From positions 4,030,001 through 4,094,000 of the forward strand of contig NC_082717.1 in NCBI RefSeq assembly GCF_030144855.1: a stretch of 64,000 nucleotides of DNA. The letters are read 5' to 3'. The notes below the pieces were generated by a model that did not search any database, was not told where the DNA came from, and saw only the letters and a list, made by a program, of their open reading frames with translations. The position numbers were made by a program, and so were the translations under genes. Positions 13,501 through 28,500 of this stretch are shown here, one piece after another. This DNA comes from Hypanus sabinus (lineage: Eukaryota). Position 1 is the stretch's first letter; each line of letters opens with the position of its first letter.

Positions 13501-16500
13501 AATCCTTTTGCTCTGAACATATCTGCAGAATTCCTTAGGATTCCCTTTCACTTTGTCTGCTGGAGCAACTTCATGCCTTCTTTTAGCCCTCCTCATCTCC
13601 TTAAGTGTTCTCTTGCGCCTCGTACACTTCATAAACACCTCCTGCATTCTTATAACTGCTATGCACCTCCTTTTTTCCCTTTAACCAGGGCAACAATATC
13701 TCTTGAAGATGAAGATTCCCTACACTTAAGACCATAAGACCATAAGAGGAAGGAGCAGAAGACTCCCATTTGGCCATCGAGTCTGCTCTGCCATTTTATC
13801 ATGTGCTGATCCATTCTCCCATTTAGTCCCACTCCCCTGCCTTCTCACCATAACCTTTGATGCCCTGGCTACTCAGATACCTATCAATCTCTGCCTTAAA
13901 TACACCCAATGACTTGGCCTCTACTACTGCTAGTGGCAACAAACTCACCACAGATTCAGCACCCTCTGGCTAAAAAAGTGTCTTCGCATTTCTGTTCTGA
14001 ATGAGCACCCGTCAATCCTTAAGTCATGCCCTCTTGTACTAGACTCCTCCACCATGGGAAACAACTTTGCCACATCCACTCTGTCCATGCCTTTTAACAT
14101 TCAAAATGTTTCTATGAGGTCCCCCCTCAATCTTCTAAACTCCAAGGAGTACAGTCCAAGAGCGGTCAAACGTTCCTCATATGTTAACCCTCTCACTCCA
14201 GGAATCATTCTAGTGAATCTTCGCTGAACCCTCTCCAACATTAGCACATCCTTTCTTAAACAAGGAGCCCAAAACTACACACAGTATTCCAAGTGAGGTC
14301 TTACCAGTGCCTTATAGAGCCTCAACATCACATCCCTGCTCCTATACTCTATTCTTTAGAAATGAATGCCATCATTGCATTCGCCTTCTTCACCACCGAA
14401 TCAACCTGGAGTTTAACCTTAAGGGTATCCTGCATTCCCAAGTCCCGTTGCATCTCAGAATGTTGAATTCTCTCCCCATTTAAATAATAGTCAACCCGTT
14501 TATTTCTTCTACCAAAGTGCATGACCATACACTTTCCAACATTGTATTTCATTTTCCACTTCTTTGCCCATTTCCCTAATCTATCCAATTCTCTCTGCAG
14601 ACTCTCTGTTTCCTCAGAACTACCAGCCTCTCCACCTATCTTTGTATCATCAGCAAACTTAGCCACAAAGCCATCTATTCCATAATCCAAATTGTTGATA
14701 TACAACGTAAAAAGAAGCGGCCCCAACATGGACCCCTGTGGAACACCACTGGTAACCGACAGCCAGAATGGGATCCCTTTATTCCCACTCTCTGTTTCCT
14801 GCCAATCAGCCAACGCTCTATCCACGTATGTAACTTTCCCGTAATTCCATGGGCTCTTATCTTGTTTAGCAGCCTCATGTGCGGCACCTTGTCAAAGGCC
14901 TTCTGAAAATCCAAATACACAACATCCACTGCATCTCCCTCGTCTAGCCTACTTGTAATTTCCTCAAAAAATTGCAATAGGTTTGTCAGGCAGGATTTTC
15001 CTTTTAGGAAACCATGCTGAGTTCTGCCTATCTTGTCATATGCCTCCAGGTACATATTCTGCTTCTCCTTCTTTTCAGATATCACCATACATTCTGTCTT
15101 TTTGCAGTTGATAGACAGACCCATTTTTGCACTTTCTTCAACAACTATATCAATTAAGTTTTGTAGTTCTTCCTCCGTACTTGCAATTAATACAGTGTTA
15201 TCTGCATTTCTGAAATTATTGATGTTACACCGCCAACTTTGATTCCCAAGATATCTCTTATTTTTTGTAATATTGCTTCACTGTACACATTAAACAAATC
15301 AGGGGGGAACGCCTCTCTTGATTTTCGTAAACTGACTCACTTCTCCATCTATTCTTACAGCGGCAGTTTGTTTCCAGTACAGATTTCTGATTAGGCGGAG
15401 GTCTTTCGAATCTAGATCTAGAGTTTCCTGTAATATTTCAAATAAGTTAATGTGCTTCACTTTATCAAATGCTTTTGTGTAGTCGATAAAACAAACAAAC
15501 AAGTGTTTTTCCACTTGAATAGCTCATTCTGATGGTATTCTTAACATCAATATCACGTTTCTTGTACCTTTGTCTTTCAAAAAACCACATTGTTCTTTAT
15601 CTATTTCAGCCTGTATCTTACTTTTGGCACTTGTCATCAAAATTCTTAGAAGTATCTTGGTGATATGACTCAGTAAACTGCTGCTCCTATGTAATTCACA
15701 TTCTATCGCTCCAGGTTTCTTAGGAAGAGTGATAAATACTGATTTTTTCATCTTTCTGGTATTATTACAGTCTCATCAATGTCACTGAATAAATCAGTAA
15801 GTTTTTCAATTCCATAATCTTCAAGGGCGATAATTTGTTCTATTACTAATTCATCAGGACCTGCTGCCTTTCCTTTCTTCATCTTATTTATTGCATTACC
15901 AACTTCAGATTTTAAAATACTTGGAACTTGAATGTTCTTAATTTCTGGTTTTTCACCTCAACTGCCTTCAAACAATTCCTGAACGACAGAGTACAGCTGT
16001 GCCTTTTAACTGACTACTAAAGCTATCCGTCCTCCTTTAATATCTCCTGCTTTGTCATGTTTAAAACAACAGAACCCTGGAATACTGAGCTGCTAATCCT
16101 GTCCCTCCTGCAAACAAGTCTCACTAATGGCTACAGTATCATAATTCTATGTGTTGATCCATGTCCTGAGCTCATCTGCCTTTCCTACAATACTTCTTGC
16201 TTTGAAATAGATGCAGTCAGGACACTAGCCACGGAATGCTCAACCATTTGATTCCTGACTTTGATGTCTTAGCAACAACTGTCTCCACAAACCTCTCCAT
16301 TAACTGTTCTGGCACCCCGGTTCCCTTCCCTCTGCAACTCTAGTTTAAACCCCACTGTGCAGCTTTAGCAAGCCTTCTATCAACACTGTTTTGCAATTCA
16401 ATGTTTCACACTTTTTATTTTGAATTTACAGTAATTGTATGTATACTCACTGCATGCTGACCAATAGTAACCCCATTGCCTGGCACCTTGTACCACCTCC

Positions 16501-19500
16501 TGTCTGCCATCAGATTTCTGAATGGTCTATGGACACTGTTTTGTTATTCATTGTTTCACACTTTTTGTTTTGAATTTACAGTAATTTCATGTGTTTGCAC
16601 TGCATGCCGACCAATATTGACCCTTCCATAGTAATCCCATCGTCTGGCACCTTGTCCATCGCCCTCTTCACCTAAGTGTTCATTGTTAGTGCTGTCACTG
16701 CCCGTTTCAGCCTCTCTCTCGGGCAATGTGTCTGGTACTCCCACTCTCTGGTTGAAGGGGCCCTGCATATACCCTCTCTTCCCCCTCACCTTAATTACAT
16801 GTTCTCAAATTGTATCTACCCCTGATATGGGGATGAGTTTTCTGCAGTCTATACCCTATCTATATCCCTCATAATTTTATGCACCTCAATCACCCCCTTG
16901 AGCTCCCCTGCCCTTGGGAGACCAGACTCAGCTTCTCCTGTCTCTCCTCATAACTGAACTGATTCATCCCAGACAACATCCTGGTGGAGATTCTGTGTTC
17001 TCTGACTGTTTCATTCAGTTTCAATTCCTTTACCAAACATGTTTGATTCAATATAGTTGAAACAAGATACAAAATAAAATGTTATTTACCCTTCTGGCTT
17101 CAATCTCTGTTGAAAACATGCCCATTTTTTCACATAGCATATTACTGTTATTAAGATGCAGAATAAGAGGACGAGTACGAGGATACTGGTGAGAATACTG
17201 GCCAAGACTTTCCAAGACCCACCTTCATCGGCTTCTGAAAAATAGCAAAGATTGATGTACAGTTTAACACCGGTAATGTGAATTGTCCTTTGAATGACAG
17301 GTTTAATATGTGAACATTGGAGGCTGATAGTTCTCCCTCATTTACAGTCAGTAAGGGAGGAGAGCACCGTGCTGAAGGATGGACTTACTGAGCTGCTATT
17401 GTGGGAAGGAAAGAAACATCAAGGTTATTAATAATAATATCTTATTTAGAGAGCAATTTTCATCCAGACAATGTGGACAATGGGATAAAGTACAAACAGG
17501 AACATAAATAAATATATAATCATGCAAATAGATGAGAAGCATGGTTAAATAAATGGGTCTTGATCTAATGTTCAGAAGTGTCTGCATCCCTTATCGTTTT
17601 GTGAGTTACAGTTTATGAGCATTGCTCAAAAACGCTGATCAGCCAATTATCTTTTGAGGGAGATTGTTTACATTTAACAGGCCGGAGGAAGAAGACCAGA
17701 GAGCTCAAACAGGATTATAAAAGAAAAACGTTCTGCGATGTTCTCCGATCTCAGACCATTAAAAGCTTTAAATGCAAGAAAGAGAACTTTGAAATCAATT
17801 TTTGAACACCCAGGAAGCAGGTGCTGAGCAGCTAAGTTGGCAGTGATATGTTCTCCCAATCTTGATTTTGTTTAAAAGCCAGCCATGGTGTTCTGAATGA
17901 GTTGAAGGTTGAACATTAATAACACTGGCTAGTTTCTACAATGACCTCCATCTGCAACGTTAGTTTATTTCTGTCATTTTAATCAGAGGTGCAGGTTGTG
18001 AAACTCCAAGGGCAGTGACACTAATGTTAGTCCACCAATGAAAAGGCCACATTGTGAATACCAAGCATATTCACCTGATGTAAGTGTCCCTGGGAATCAC
18101 TGCCTTTCCTGGAATGACTGTTTGAGTCCCTGAATCATTGGAAAGGGGCAGGAGTACACAGGAAAGTGAGAAACAAAGTGCAGTGGCAGGTGGGCAGAGA
18201 TGAGTGGACCAGGGTATCGGGAAGAGTGTGGAGGTAAGTATGCATCCAGTGGTGGAATCTTGTTGGAGATAGTTCTCTCTGGATTCTATGTGATCCAACC
18301 TTCCAGAGCAACCTACCATTTGGAACTTTATCAGTAGCTTATTGTAGTCCAGAAGTGCCCTGGCTTTATCATCTTTCTTGGTCACCCCATCAAAAAGCTC
18401 ACTCAAGACATGATTTTTCATGCACAAAGCTATGCAGCTACTTCTGGTCAACCCCCATTTATTCAGAAATGCACATGTGGTTTCTCTCAGGATCCTCTCT
18501 GGTAACTTTCCACTGATACTGGTCTGACTGGTCTATGATCCCGAGGCTTCACTTTGCCACCCTTAAGTCAGAGTTGGAGCTGCCCTGCCGGGGTTTCGTT
18601 TGGCAGAAGACAAACTCTGTTGTGGCCAGCTGCAGATATTTTCGTGGCACTCAGGGGATCTGGGCCTCAGGCTGTGGGGTCATTTGCCGCTGGAGGAGAG
18701 GCGTCCGAGTCATCACACTCTACCGGAGGCAGTGTAACACAGTTGTGGTGCCAGAAGATTTATAATGGACTGATGGGTCTGGTTGTGTTTTTACTGATAT
18801 TGTATATGTGCCTGTGTACGTGATGACTGGCCCTCAAAGTCCCAGATTCACCTCATGAGAGCTGGGTGGAACTCAACACCGTGGTGTCACCTCGTGAGCG
18901 TCGAGCACTAGTCAACAGGTGATAGCAGTGGGCTGAGAGGTCGGTCTATATATCTACATTTCACAGAAAAAGTACTCACCACAACTTGATGTTTTCCTAT
19001 TTCATTGTTTCATAACATTGAATCATGAACATTTAATTCGGCTTTTTTTTACACCAATCAACAGAAAAAAAACTCGTGTCAAAGTGAAAAGTGATCTCTG
19101 CAAAGGGATGTGATACAGCTATTCGGAGCTCAGTTGCTATTGTTCCCCCAGTATCCAGCCATGCTCCCTTCTCACTACCGCCTTCTCACATCAGGAGCCT
19201 CAGGACTCACAGCACCAGGTTCAGGAACAGTTATTACCCCTCAACCAGCAGGTGCTTGAAGCACAGAGGATAACTTCACTCAACTTCGCTTGCCCCATCA
19301 TTAAACCCATGGACTTGTTTCAAGCACTCTTCATTTCATGTTCTCAATATTTATTGTTTATTCACTTCTTATTTTGTTTCTGGTGTATTTGCACAGGTTG
19401 TGTCTTTTGCACATTGGTTGTCTAGCCGTACTATTGAGTACGCTCTTTCATGGATTCTATTGTGTTTCTTGAATTAACTGTGAATGCCTGCAATTTGGTT

Positions 19501-22500
19501 GAACTTGGTGACTTTGATAATAGATTTAGTTGGATCTTTGAGTATCAGTGTCACTTACAAGGCACAATGCAACCGTATGTTCACATACACACACACCTTG
19601 TTGACTGTTGGACGCCGGATACTGAGGACCTTACATGGGAAATGTATGGAGCCCATTAAAATAATATTCAACAACTGACATTCAATATTTCACAATTTCA
19701 GGATCAGGATCTTATAACTTAGGTTTAGGACCATAATTCAGATCATAGAGCAACAGATACAAAATGCTGTAGAATCTCAGTGGGTCAGACGTGTTTACAG
19801 TGAGAATTAAACAGTCGATATTTCGGGCTGAAACTCTTTATCAGAACTGGAAAGGACAGGACAAGAAGGTGGGGGTGGAGAGATGGACAAGCGAGAAGCT
19901 GATAGGTGAAGCTAGGTGGGTGGGGGAGAGGGTGAAGAAAGATGCAAAGACAAGCTCCCAGGAAAGAGTACGTCACTGTGGTCGCGAGTCTGGGAGAATT
20001 CATGGTCAAAGAGTCAGAGGACCATAGAGGGAGAGCAGTGAGAGAACTCCCGTCCAAGACAAGATTTAAACTTCTTCAGGGTAGGCATCCCTCGAAGAGA
20101 CTTCGTAGTGGAGCAGCAAATCATAAACACAAGAGAATCTACAGATGCTGGAAATCCAGAGCAAAACACAAACTAAGTGCTGGAGGATCTCAGTAGGCAG
20201 GCAGTTGATGTTTCAGACTGAGACCCTTCATCAGGACTAGAAAGGAAGGGGGAAGAGGCCAGAATAAGGAAGTGGGAGGATGGGAATACACAGGACATCA
20301 TGGAAACAGACCAGTGAGTCGCAGCATCCATTGTCCACCCCTTCACTCTAAACCTAGCTTAATCCCATTTATCATCTCCATGTTCCCATCAAGTCACCCG
20401 AGGTTTGACAACTCACCCACCAGTGATCTGTCAACCAGCATGTTTTTGGACAGTGAGAGGAAGCCATTGTAACCACAGGGAGAGAAAGCAAACACTACAC
20501 TGACTGCACTGAAGGTCACGGTTCAAGCCAGGACACTGGAACGGTGAGGCCGCCGTTCTACTCTCTGTGACATTGTGTTGGTTTGTGGGTTGTGAGGTGA
20601 CTGCTGACACTCTGTCACTGATGGGGAGGGGCAAATGCTCAGTTCAGGTTGTGTGTTTCTCCCTCTGTTTACACAGACGTTTGTACACTTTCTCCGCATG
20701 GACTGACGGTTCTAATTGTCTCTCTGTCTCCACTTTGACCAGTCAGTCATCTGCCAGTGACTTCCTGGGGGTCAGTGGGGACGCTGCACTTTACCAGGCG
20801 GTTTGAGTACATTCTTGATTCACTGTCCTTTGTTCGCCTGTAATCTTTACCCATTACAGAGCTCAGAATGGTTTCTCAGAAACACAGGAGATTCTGCAGA
20901 TGCTGGAGATCCAGAGTAACACACACAACGTGCTGGAGGAACTCAGCAGGTCAGACTGTATCTATGGAAATGATTATGGTCTTGATGAAGGGTTCCAGGC
21001 TGAAACGTCGACTGTTTATTCATTTCCATAAGTGCTGTCTGACCTGCTGAGATCCTCCAGCATTTTGTGTGCGTTTCTCAGAATGGTTTCTGATCCGATT
21101 ATGGTACTGGGTTGAAGAGAGAGTAAACAGCAGGATGAAAACAAAATGTTGGCCATACTCAGCAGGTCTGTGAGGAGAGACACATTTGATGTAGAAGACA
21201 GTTTGTCACAATTGGGAAGGAAGCAATGAAGACTGGTGAAGCTGCCGTGAGGATGAGAGAGAGGGAATTTCGGTGACTGTTATGTGGTCAGATAGTGAGT
21301 GGAAGCAGTTTGAGAATGACAACGTAGAGAAGAATGTGTGAGTAGTGAAATAAAGATGAGAAGCCGTGACTGGGAGCTCGGTGTGTAACCCCCTGCACTG
21401 TTATAATGTAGATCAGAGCAATCTTCAGTAACAACACCTCATCTTCCCATTGGGCACACTGCAGCGTTTGGGATCCACTGTTGAATTCCACAACTTCCTG
21501 CAACCTGATTTCTCAGTCTGTCTCCGTCATTCATCTGTGGTATTGGCTCAGCTTTTTGCTTCACTTTTCCTTTTAGTCTGGCTTTTTTCCCTCTGGGAAT
21601 GGAGGATGTGGCCAGCCTAATCTGCCAGGCATGTCCTCCTCCTCTGCCTTTCACAGCTGCTACATTCTTTTCAGATCATAAAACACTGGAGCAGAATTAG
21701 GCCATTCAGCCCATTGAGTCTACTCTGCCATTCCATCATGGCTGATTTATTATCCCTCTCAGCCCCATTCTGCTGCCTTCTCCCCGTAACCTTTGACACC
21801 CTGATTAATTAAGAGCCTATGAACCTCAGTTTTAAAAATACCCAGTGACTTGCCCTTCACAGCCGTCTGTGGCAATGAGATCCACAGATTAACAACCTTC
21901 TACAACCAAAGGAGACGGGAGATCACAGCTGGCCAGGCAGCATCCATGGAGGCTGAAGGATCCTGATCCTGTCAGCTCTGTCAATGCAGAGGGCAGATGC
22001 TGGTCTTGTGGAAGAGAGGGCTGGGGGTGAATGTGAGACAACGTCTGGTAGGTGACAGCTGGAACCTGATGAGAAGAAAAGGGATGAACAGATGGAACCA
22101 GGTGGAGAGAAGGAGAGGTGGAGATGGGAGAAGGGTAGAGAGAGACGAGGAGAGTTGGAAAGGACAGGTGGGGAGAGGGATAGGTAGAGGTCATGACAGA
22201 TTGACACTGCACACACTGGAATCTGATCAACATCATCACAATGTGTCGTGGCATATGACGTGGGCAATTATCGTCTGTGATCATTATTGTTCTTTGAAAA
22301 GTTTTCTACAGAAGTAGTTTTCCATTGCTTTCTTCTGGGCAGTGTCCTTACAAGACGGGTGACCCCAGCCATTATCAGTACTCTGCAGAGACTGTCTGCC
22401 TGAAGTCACTGGTCACAGAACCAGGAGTTGTGTTATGCACCAGCTACTCATACGACCTTTCACCACCTGCTCCCGTGGCTTCTGGTGACCCCGATTGGGG

Positions 22501-25500
22501 TGAGAGGGGGGTGGGGGGCTAGGCAGGTGCAACACATTGACCATCAGAGATGGAGGACCTTCATTCTGCCCCAAATGCCAGTGGTGTCATGGGCAGGAAG
22601 TGGGTACTGTGAGTAAGTCCACCTTGTCCAGGGTAGCAGAGGGAAGGAGCACCTTATGCTTCCTTTGGCAGAGACGTATCAACCCCCCGCCACCCAGAAT
22701 CTGACAAGGAAGGGATCAATGGAGGAATTACGTGTCAACGGAACTTTTATTTTATTTTATTTATTTATTGAGATACAGCGTGGAATAGGCCCTTTGGCCC
22801 TTTGACACACACCACCCAGTGATCCCTGATTTAATCCGAGCCTGATCACAGGACAATTTACAGTCACCAATTAATCTGTGTGTCTTTGGACTGTGGGAGG
22901 AAACCGGAACACTTGGAGGAAACCCAGGCAAATGTTGGAATAATGTACAAACGTCTTTCAGGAGCAGTGGGAATTGAACCCACACCGCCGGTACTGTAAG
23001 GCAATGTACACTACTGTGCCAACCCAAACTCGTCGGGGGAAAGGGGTAGGATACACAGAAGGTTAAGTTTGTGTGAGATCAGCAGGTGTGTGATGGGAAA
23101 GGAACTGGGTAAGGGGTCTGGGTGGAGTGAGAGACGGTAGGAGTATGACAAGCAGACAGAAAAGGGGTGGGCTGGGTTATCAGAAATTGGAAAATTCCAT
23201 GTCCATATCATTGAGCTATAATATCCAGTCAGGATCCCAGAGTGAAAAGCAATATTACACAATACTGTTGTCAGATGTGTTCATGAAAACTAAAAGATTT
23301 AATATCTTTAAGACATTTAGAAATAATCACATGATAGTTTAAATTAATGAATTTACAGAATTGTTGTCCTGGCCCATACTTGCTCAATACCTCCAGTACT
23401 AGAAATCAGTTTGCATTGTGTGAACTGAACTTACTAATGACAGTGAGTCGGGTTCCGTTCCCACTGATGTCTCCCCACACTCTGCAGTAATAGTCGGCAG
23501 AGTCATTGACCTCGACCTTTGTGACCATCAGGATGAAACTGCTGTTGGAGGAGTCCCTGGAGGGCTGGAACCTCTCAGTGAAACCTGGTCTCCCTCGTAT
23601 GCTCTCTCCTGCCTCGTGTGTTAAGACCCACTCCATGTCCTGCCCAGGTCGTCTCCGATACCAGTGGACATCAGTGTCTCCCGCTCTGGCGTTCTTCATG
23701 GCGCACCATAACCGTGCCGATTGCCCCTCAGTGATGTTCTCCTGGCTTGGGGACTGGATGAGGACTGGAGGATTAGCATCTTTAAAGGGAAAACATCAAT
23801 TGCTTTAAAAATCTTTCTGCGTAACTATGTCTAAGAGAGTAAACAGTTTGAAATACTAAATTTGTAGAATTATAGACAATAGACAATAAATGCGGGAGTA
23901 GGCCATTCGGCCCTTCTAGCCAGCACCGCCATTCACTGTGATCATGGCTGATCATACACAATCAGTACCCCGTTCTAATTGTTTTAGCTGCACTGTATGA
24001 TGCAAATGGAAACACTTTGCTGAGAGTTATTAATTGTACAGAAATGGCTCTTATCATATTTAAAAGCATTAGTGTTGTGTTTATTGTCCTCTGCACAAGT
24101 ACATATCAGGACAGATGCAATGAAACACTTGCAGTTCAGGCACAGAGCATTGGATATGCAGCAGTCATGAGAAAAGCACCAATTATACACAAATTTTACA
24201 AGAACATAGTTGGAACAGAAATAAAACACAGGTGGTTTTAGTACACAGTGATCAAAATGACCATTGTCTTGTTAAACTGTAGTGAGTTGGGTTGTGCTGC
24301 TTGGTTCAGGAACTCAATGGCTGAGAGGAAATAGCTGTTCTTGAACATGGTGGTGTGAGTCTTCAGGCTTCTGTACCTCCTGCCCGATGGTAACAGTGAG
24401 GAAGTAGATTGGGAACAGCTGACAGAAGGGAAAACAACGTTTGATGGGAGAGGCATTTAAAAGTGAGATGCTGGGACTTGAGGGTCAACATCTTCCTGTT
24501 GAAGGAAGACTGGTGGGAATTGATAGAAGCTCAATACTGGCTTCAATTAGCTGTCTGGTCGTATCATTGTGTGGTACGGATGCTGCAAGGCATCGGACCG
24601 CAAACCCTACAGATCTGCCAAGGATCACCCGGGTCTTCCTCCTCCCCATTTGTGACATTTACCAGGAGTGTTGTAGACCAAGGGCTGAAACATTGTTGAG
24701 GATCTCCACCACCCATCCCTCAATCTCTTTGTCTCTCTACTGTCAGGATGGAGGTACAGGAGGTTCAGGACTGGGACTGTCAGTCTGGGTAACAGCTTCT
24801 TCCCTCAGGCTGTGAGACTAATGAATTCCCTGTCAGCACTGAGGTCTCGTCACCAGGACAGTGAACTGATTAATGTTTTCTTGTGCTCGCTACTACTTGT
24901 ATTGTGAATGATATTTTATTCATGTATTGATGGTAATATTTTGGTTTATGTGCTGTGTGATATCTGTTCTGTGGGTGCACCGTGGTCTGGGGGAACAGTG
25001 TTTCATCTGGTTGTATCCATGTACAGTCAGATGACAATAAACCGATATGCATGTCATCAAGTGAGAGGCTACCCAAACAGAATATAAGGTGTTGTTTCAC
25101 CAACCTAAGTGTGGCCTCATCACGACAGTGGAGGAGGCCATGGATAGACATATCGGAATGGGAATGGGACATGGAATTAAAATGGGTGGCCACTGGGAGA
25201 TGGCACTTGTTTCGGTGGACAGAGTATAGGTGCTCAGTGAAGCGGTTTCTCAATCTACATTGGGTCTCACAAATATACAGGAAGCCACACCAGGAGCACT
25301 GAAATTTAAGGGTGGAACTGAGAAACAAGAAAGGTATGACCATGTTAATGGGGCTTTAGCAAAGACAACCCAACAGCCCTAGGGATTTAGAAGAACAAAT
25401 TTCCAGACAGATCGCAGACTGTTGCAAGAAATATAATGTTGTTACAGTAAGTGATTTTATCTTTCCATGTATTGATTGGAAATACCACACTGTAAAAGGT

Positions 25501-28500
25501 CTAGATGGGACAGAGTTTGTCAAATGTGTTCAGGAAAGTTTCCTTCATCTGTATGTCGACGTCCCAATGAGAGAGTGTCTGATACTTGACCTGCTATTAG
25601 GGACTGAGACTGAAGTTTGTGTAGGGGAACACTTTGCATCTAATGATCATAATGCCATTAGTTTCAAGGTAATTATGGAAAAGGATAGGTCTGGTCCAAG
25701 GGTTGAGATTCAAAATTAGAGAAAGAGAAAAACCTGTTCACCCACAAAATGATTCGCCAAGATTTTCTATATTATTCCAGAGCACTTGTCCTTTCCCACT
25801 TTTCCATTTCCCAACTGTTACCAGTTTACACTCCAGGGGAAAACATCCGACTCTCTGTTCTACGGGGGACATTACAGAACCCCCTGTGTCTGACAGTCAT
25901 CGTGTGAAGGTTGGATACTGAGATGCTGTTATTGTCAGTGTAAACTGACGTTGACTTACCAGTTACATTGAGCTGCGTTCCTCCTCCGTAGATGTAATTC
26001 CACACACTGCAGTTGTACACTGCAGTGTCACTAATAGATGTGTTGCTGATGGTCAGAATGTAACTGTTACTCACGCCATTCCTGTGAGACTGAAAACGGT
26101 CAGAGATACCCCCGGACCTGCTCACTGAGTCATTCACAAAGTGACTCAACACCCACTCGCTCTTGTTCCCAGGCCGCTGGTGGTACCAGTGTACATCGGT
26201 GACATTGACACTGGCGTTATACAAGGCACAGTGGAGCTGGACAGTTACACCCTCTGGCACCTTGCTGACCGGTGGATACTGCACAAGGACGGGATCATCT
26301 GCGGGATCTGTGTGTTGGATATGGATATATTAATGTGTATTTACAAGGCAGTATATTTCCCCAGCATTTAACAAATTCTAAAATTTAAATAAATGTTAGC
26401 CACAAGAATAATTTGCAGTCTCTTTAATGAAGTCAATGATATCTGGCTGGGTGTGGAAATGTTACTGCCGTACAGTCATGGGTCTGTGATAGACTGGAGA
26501 GAGTTTTGAAGATCATTTTGCATATATTGATAATGTTTCCCACTTGATCCCTTTTTTTCCTCCATAATTCAATTTGCTCCATTGTAATTCTAATGCATCT
26601 GATGTAGCTTCTCCTCAGATTTCAGAGAGAATTTGATCAGATTATGATCACTTTCCCTGAAGGGTTTGTTTACCTTCAGCTCTCTAATCAATTCTGCTTC
26701 ATTGCACAACAACCAATCCAGAATATCTGATTCCCCAGTGAGGTCAACCACGAGCTGCTCTAAAAAGCCAACTTGTACGCATTCTACAAATTCCCCTTCT
26801 TGGAATCAAGCACCAACCTGATTTTCAATTCTACCTACGTATTGAAGTTCCCAATGACGATTGTAACATTGCCCATTTGGCATGCATTTTCTATCTCTTG
26901 TTGTAATTTGTAGAGTACATCCTTACCACTGTTTGGGGGTCTTCCTACAACTCCCATCAGGATCTTTTTACCCTTGCAGTCCCTGAGCTCCACCTACAAT
27001 GATTTAACACATTCCGACCCAAAGTCACCTCTTTCTAATGATTTGATTTCATTTTGCACAAACAGAGCAAAGCCACCCCATTGCCTTCCTGCCTGTCCAT
27101 AAGACTGTAATATATATGATCAGAGTTAGGCTATTCAGCCCATTGAGTCTGTTCGCCATTCCATCATAGCTGACCCCGGATCCCACTCAACCCCATACGC
27201 TTGCCTTCTCACCATATCCTTTGATGCCCTGACCGATCAAGAAACGATCAACCTCTGCCTTAAGTATACCCACGGACTTGGCATACACCACAATCTGTGC
27301 AGAGCATTCCACAGGTTTACTACTCTGGCTAAAAAAATTCCTCCTTGCCTCTGTTCTAAAGAGTCACCCCTTAATTTTGAGGCTGTGCCCTCTAGTTCTG
27401 GATTCCCGCACCATAGGAAACATCCTCTACACATCCACCTTATTTAATCCTTTCAACATCTGGTAGGTTTCAATGAGATCCCCCTGCATTCTTCTAAGTT
27501 TCAGTGAGTTCAGACCCAAAGCTGCCAAACACTCCTCACATGTTAACCCCCTCATTCCCAGAACATCATCCTCTGGACTCTCTCCAACAACAACACATCC
27601 TTTCTGAGATATGGGGCCCAAAAGTGCAGCCTGACTAGTGTCTTAAAAAGGATCAGCATTGTCTCCTTGCTTTTATATTCTATTCCTGTTGAAATAAATG
27701 CCAACATTGTATTTGTCTTCTTTATCACAGACTCAACCTGTAAATTAACCTTCTGGGAATCTTGCACAAGGACTCTTAAGTCCCTCTGCACCTCCGATGT
27801 TTGAACCTTCTCCTCATTTAGATAATAGTCTGCGCTATTGTTCCTTTTACCAAAACACATTATCGTACATTTCCCAACACTGTATTCCATCTGCCACTGT
27901 TTTGTCCATTATTCCAATTTGTCTAAGTCCTGCACCAATTGCATTGCTTCCTCAGGACTACCTACCCCTCCACCTGTCTTCGTATCATCTGCAAACTTTG
28001 CCACAAAGCCATCAATTCCATTATCTAAATCACTGACAAACAATGTGAAAAGCAGTGGTCCCAATACTGACCCCTGAGGAACGCCACTGGTCATCCACAT
28101 CCAACCAGAAAAGAATCATTTTATTCCCACTCTCTGCCTCCTGCCTGTCAGCCATTCTGCTATCCATGTCAGTGTCTTTCCTGTAACGGGCAACAATCCA
28201 GTGATTACTTCCATGAATGTCTTGTTTCTCAGCTTTCTACCTGGCTCCCTAAAATCTCTCTGCAGGACCTCCTCATGTGGTCTACCTATGTCATTGTTGC
28301 CAATATGTAGCAGGACTTCCAGCTGCTCCCCTTCATCCTTGGAATGCCACGGACCTGATCCGAGACATCCCTGTTCCTAGCTCCAGGGAGGCAATATACC
28401 ATCTGGGTGTCTCTTTTGCACTCATAGGGCCTTGTGTCTGTTCCTGTGATGAAGGAATCCCCTGTCAACCCTGCAGCTGTCTTCACCTCTCTGCTCTTCT

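Noticed and set aside
18075-20837. Pseudo-exons 20837-20795 (43 nt) and 18129-18075 (55 nt) that can be chained in frame with the 7-nt microexon
   Set aside because: The first has a purine-rich acceptor, the phases are atypical for a stalk, and the in-frame sum may be chance.
25822-25830. 9-nt microexon-like TGTAAACTG|gtaaca after V2
   Set aside because: The acceptor is GAG and the phase-1 reading contains TAA.
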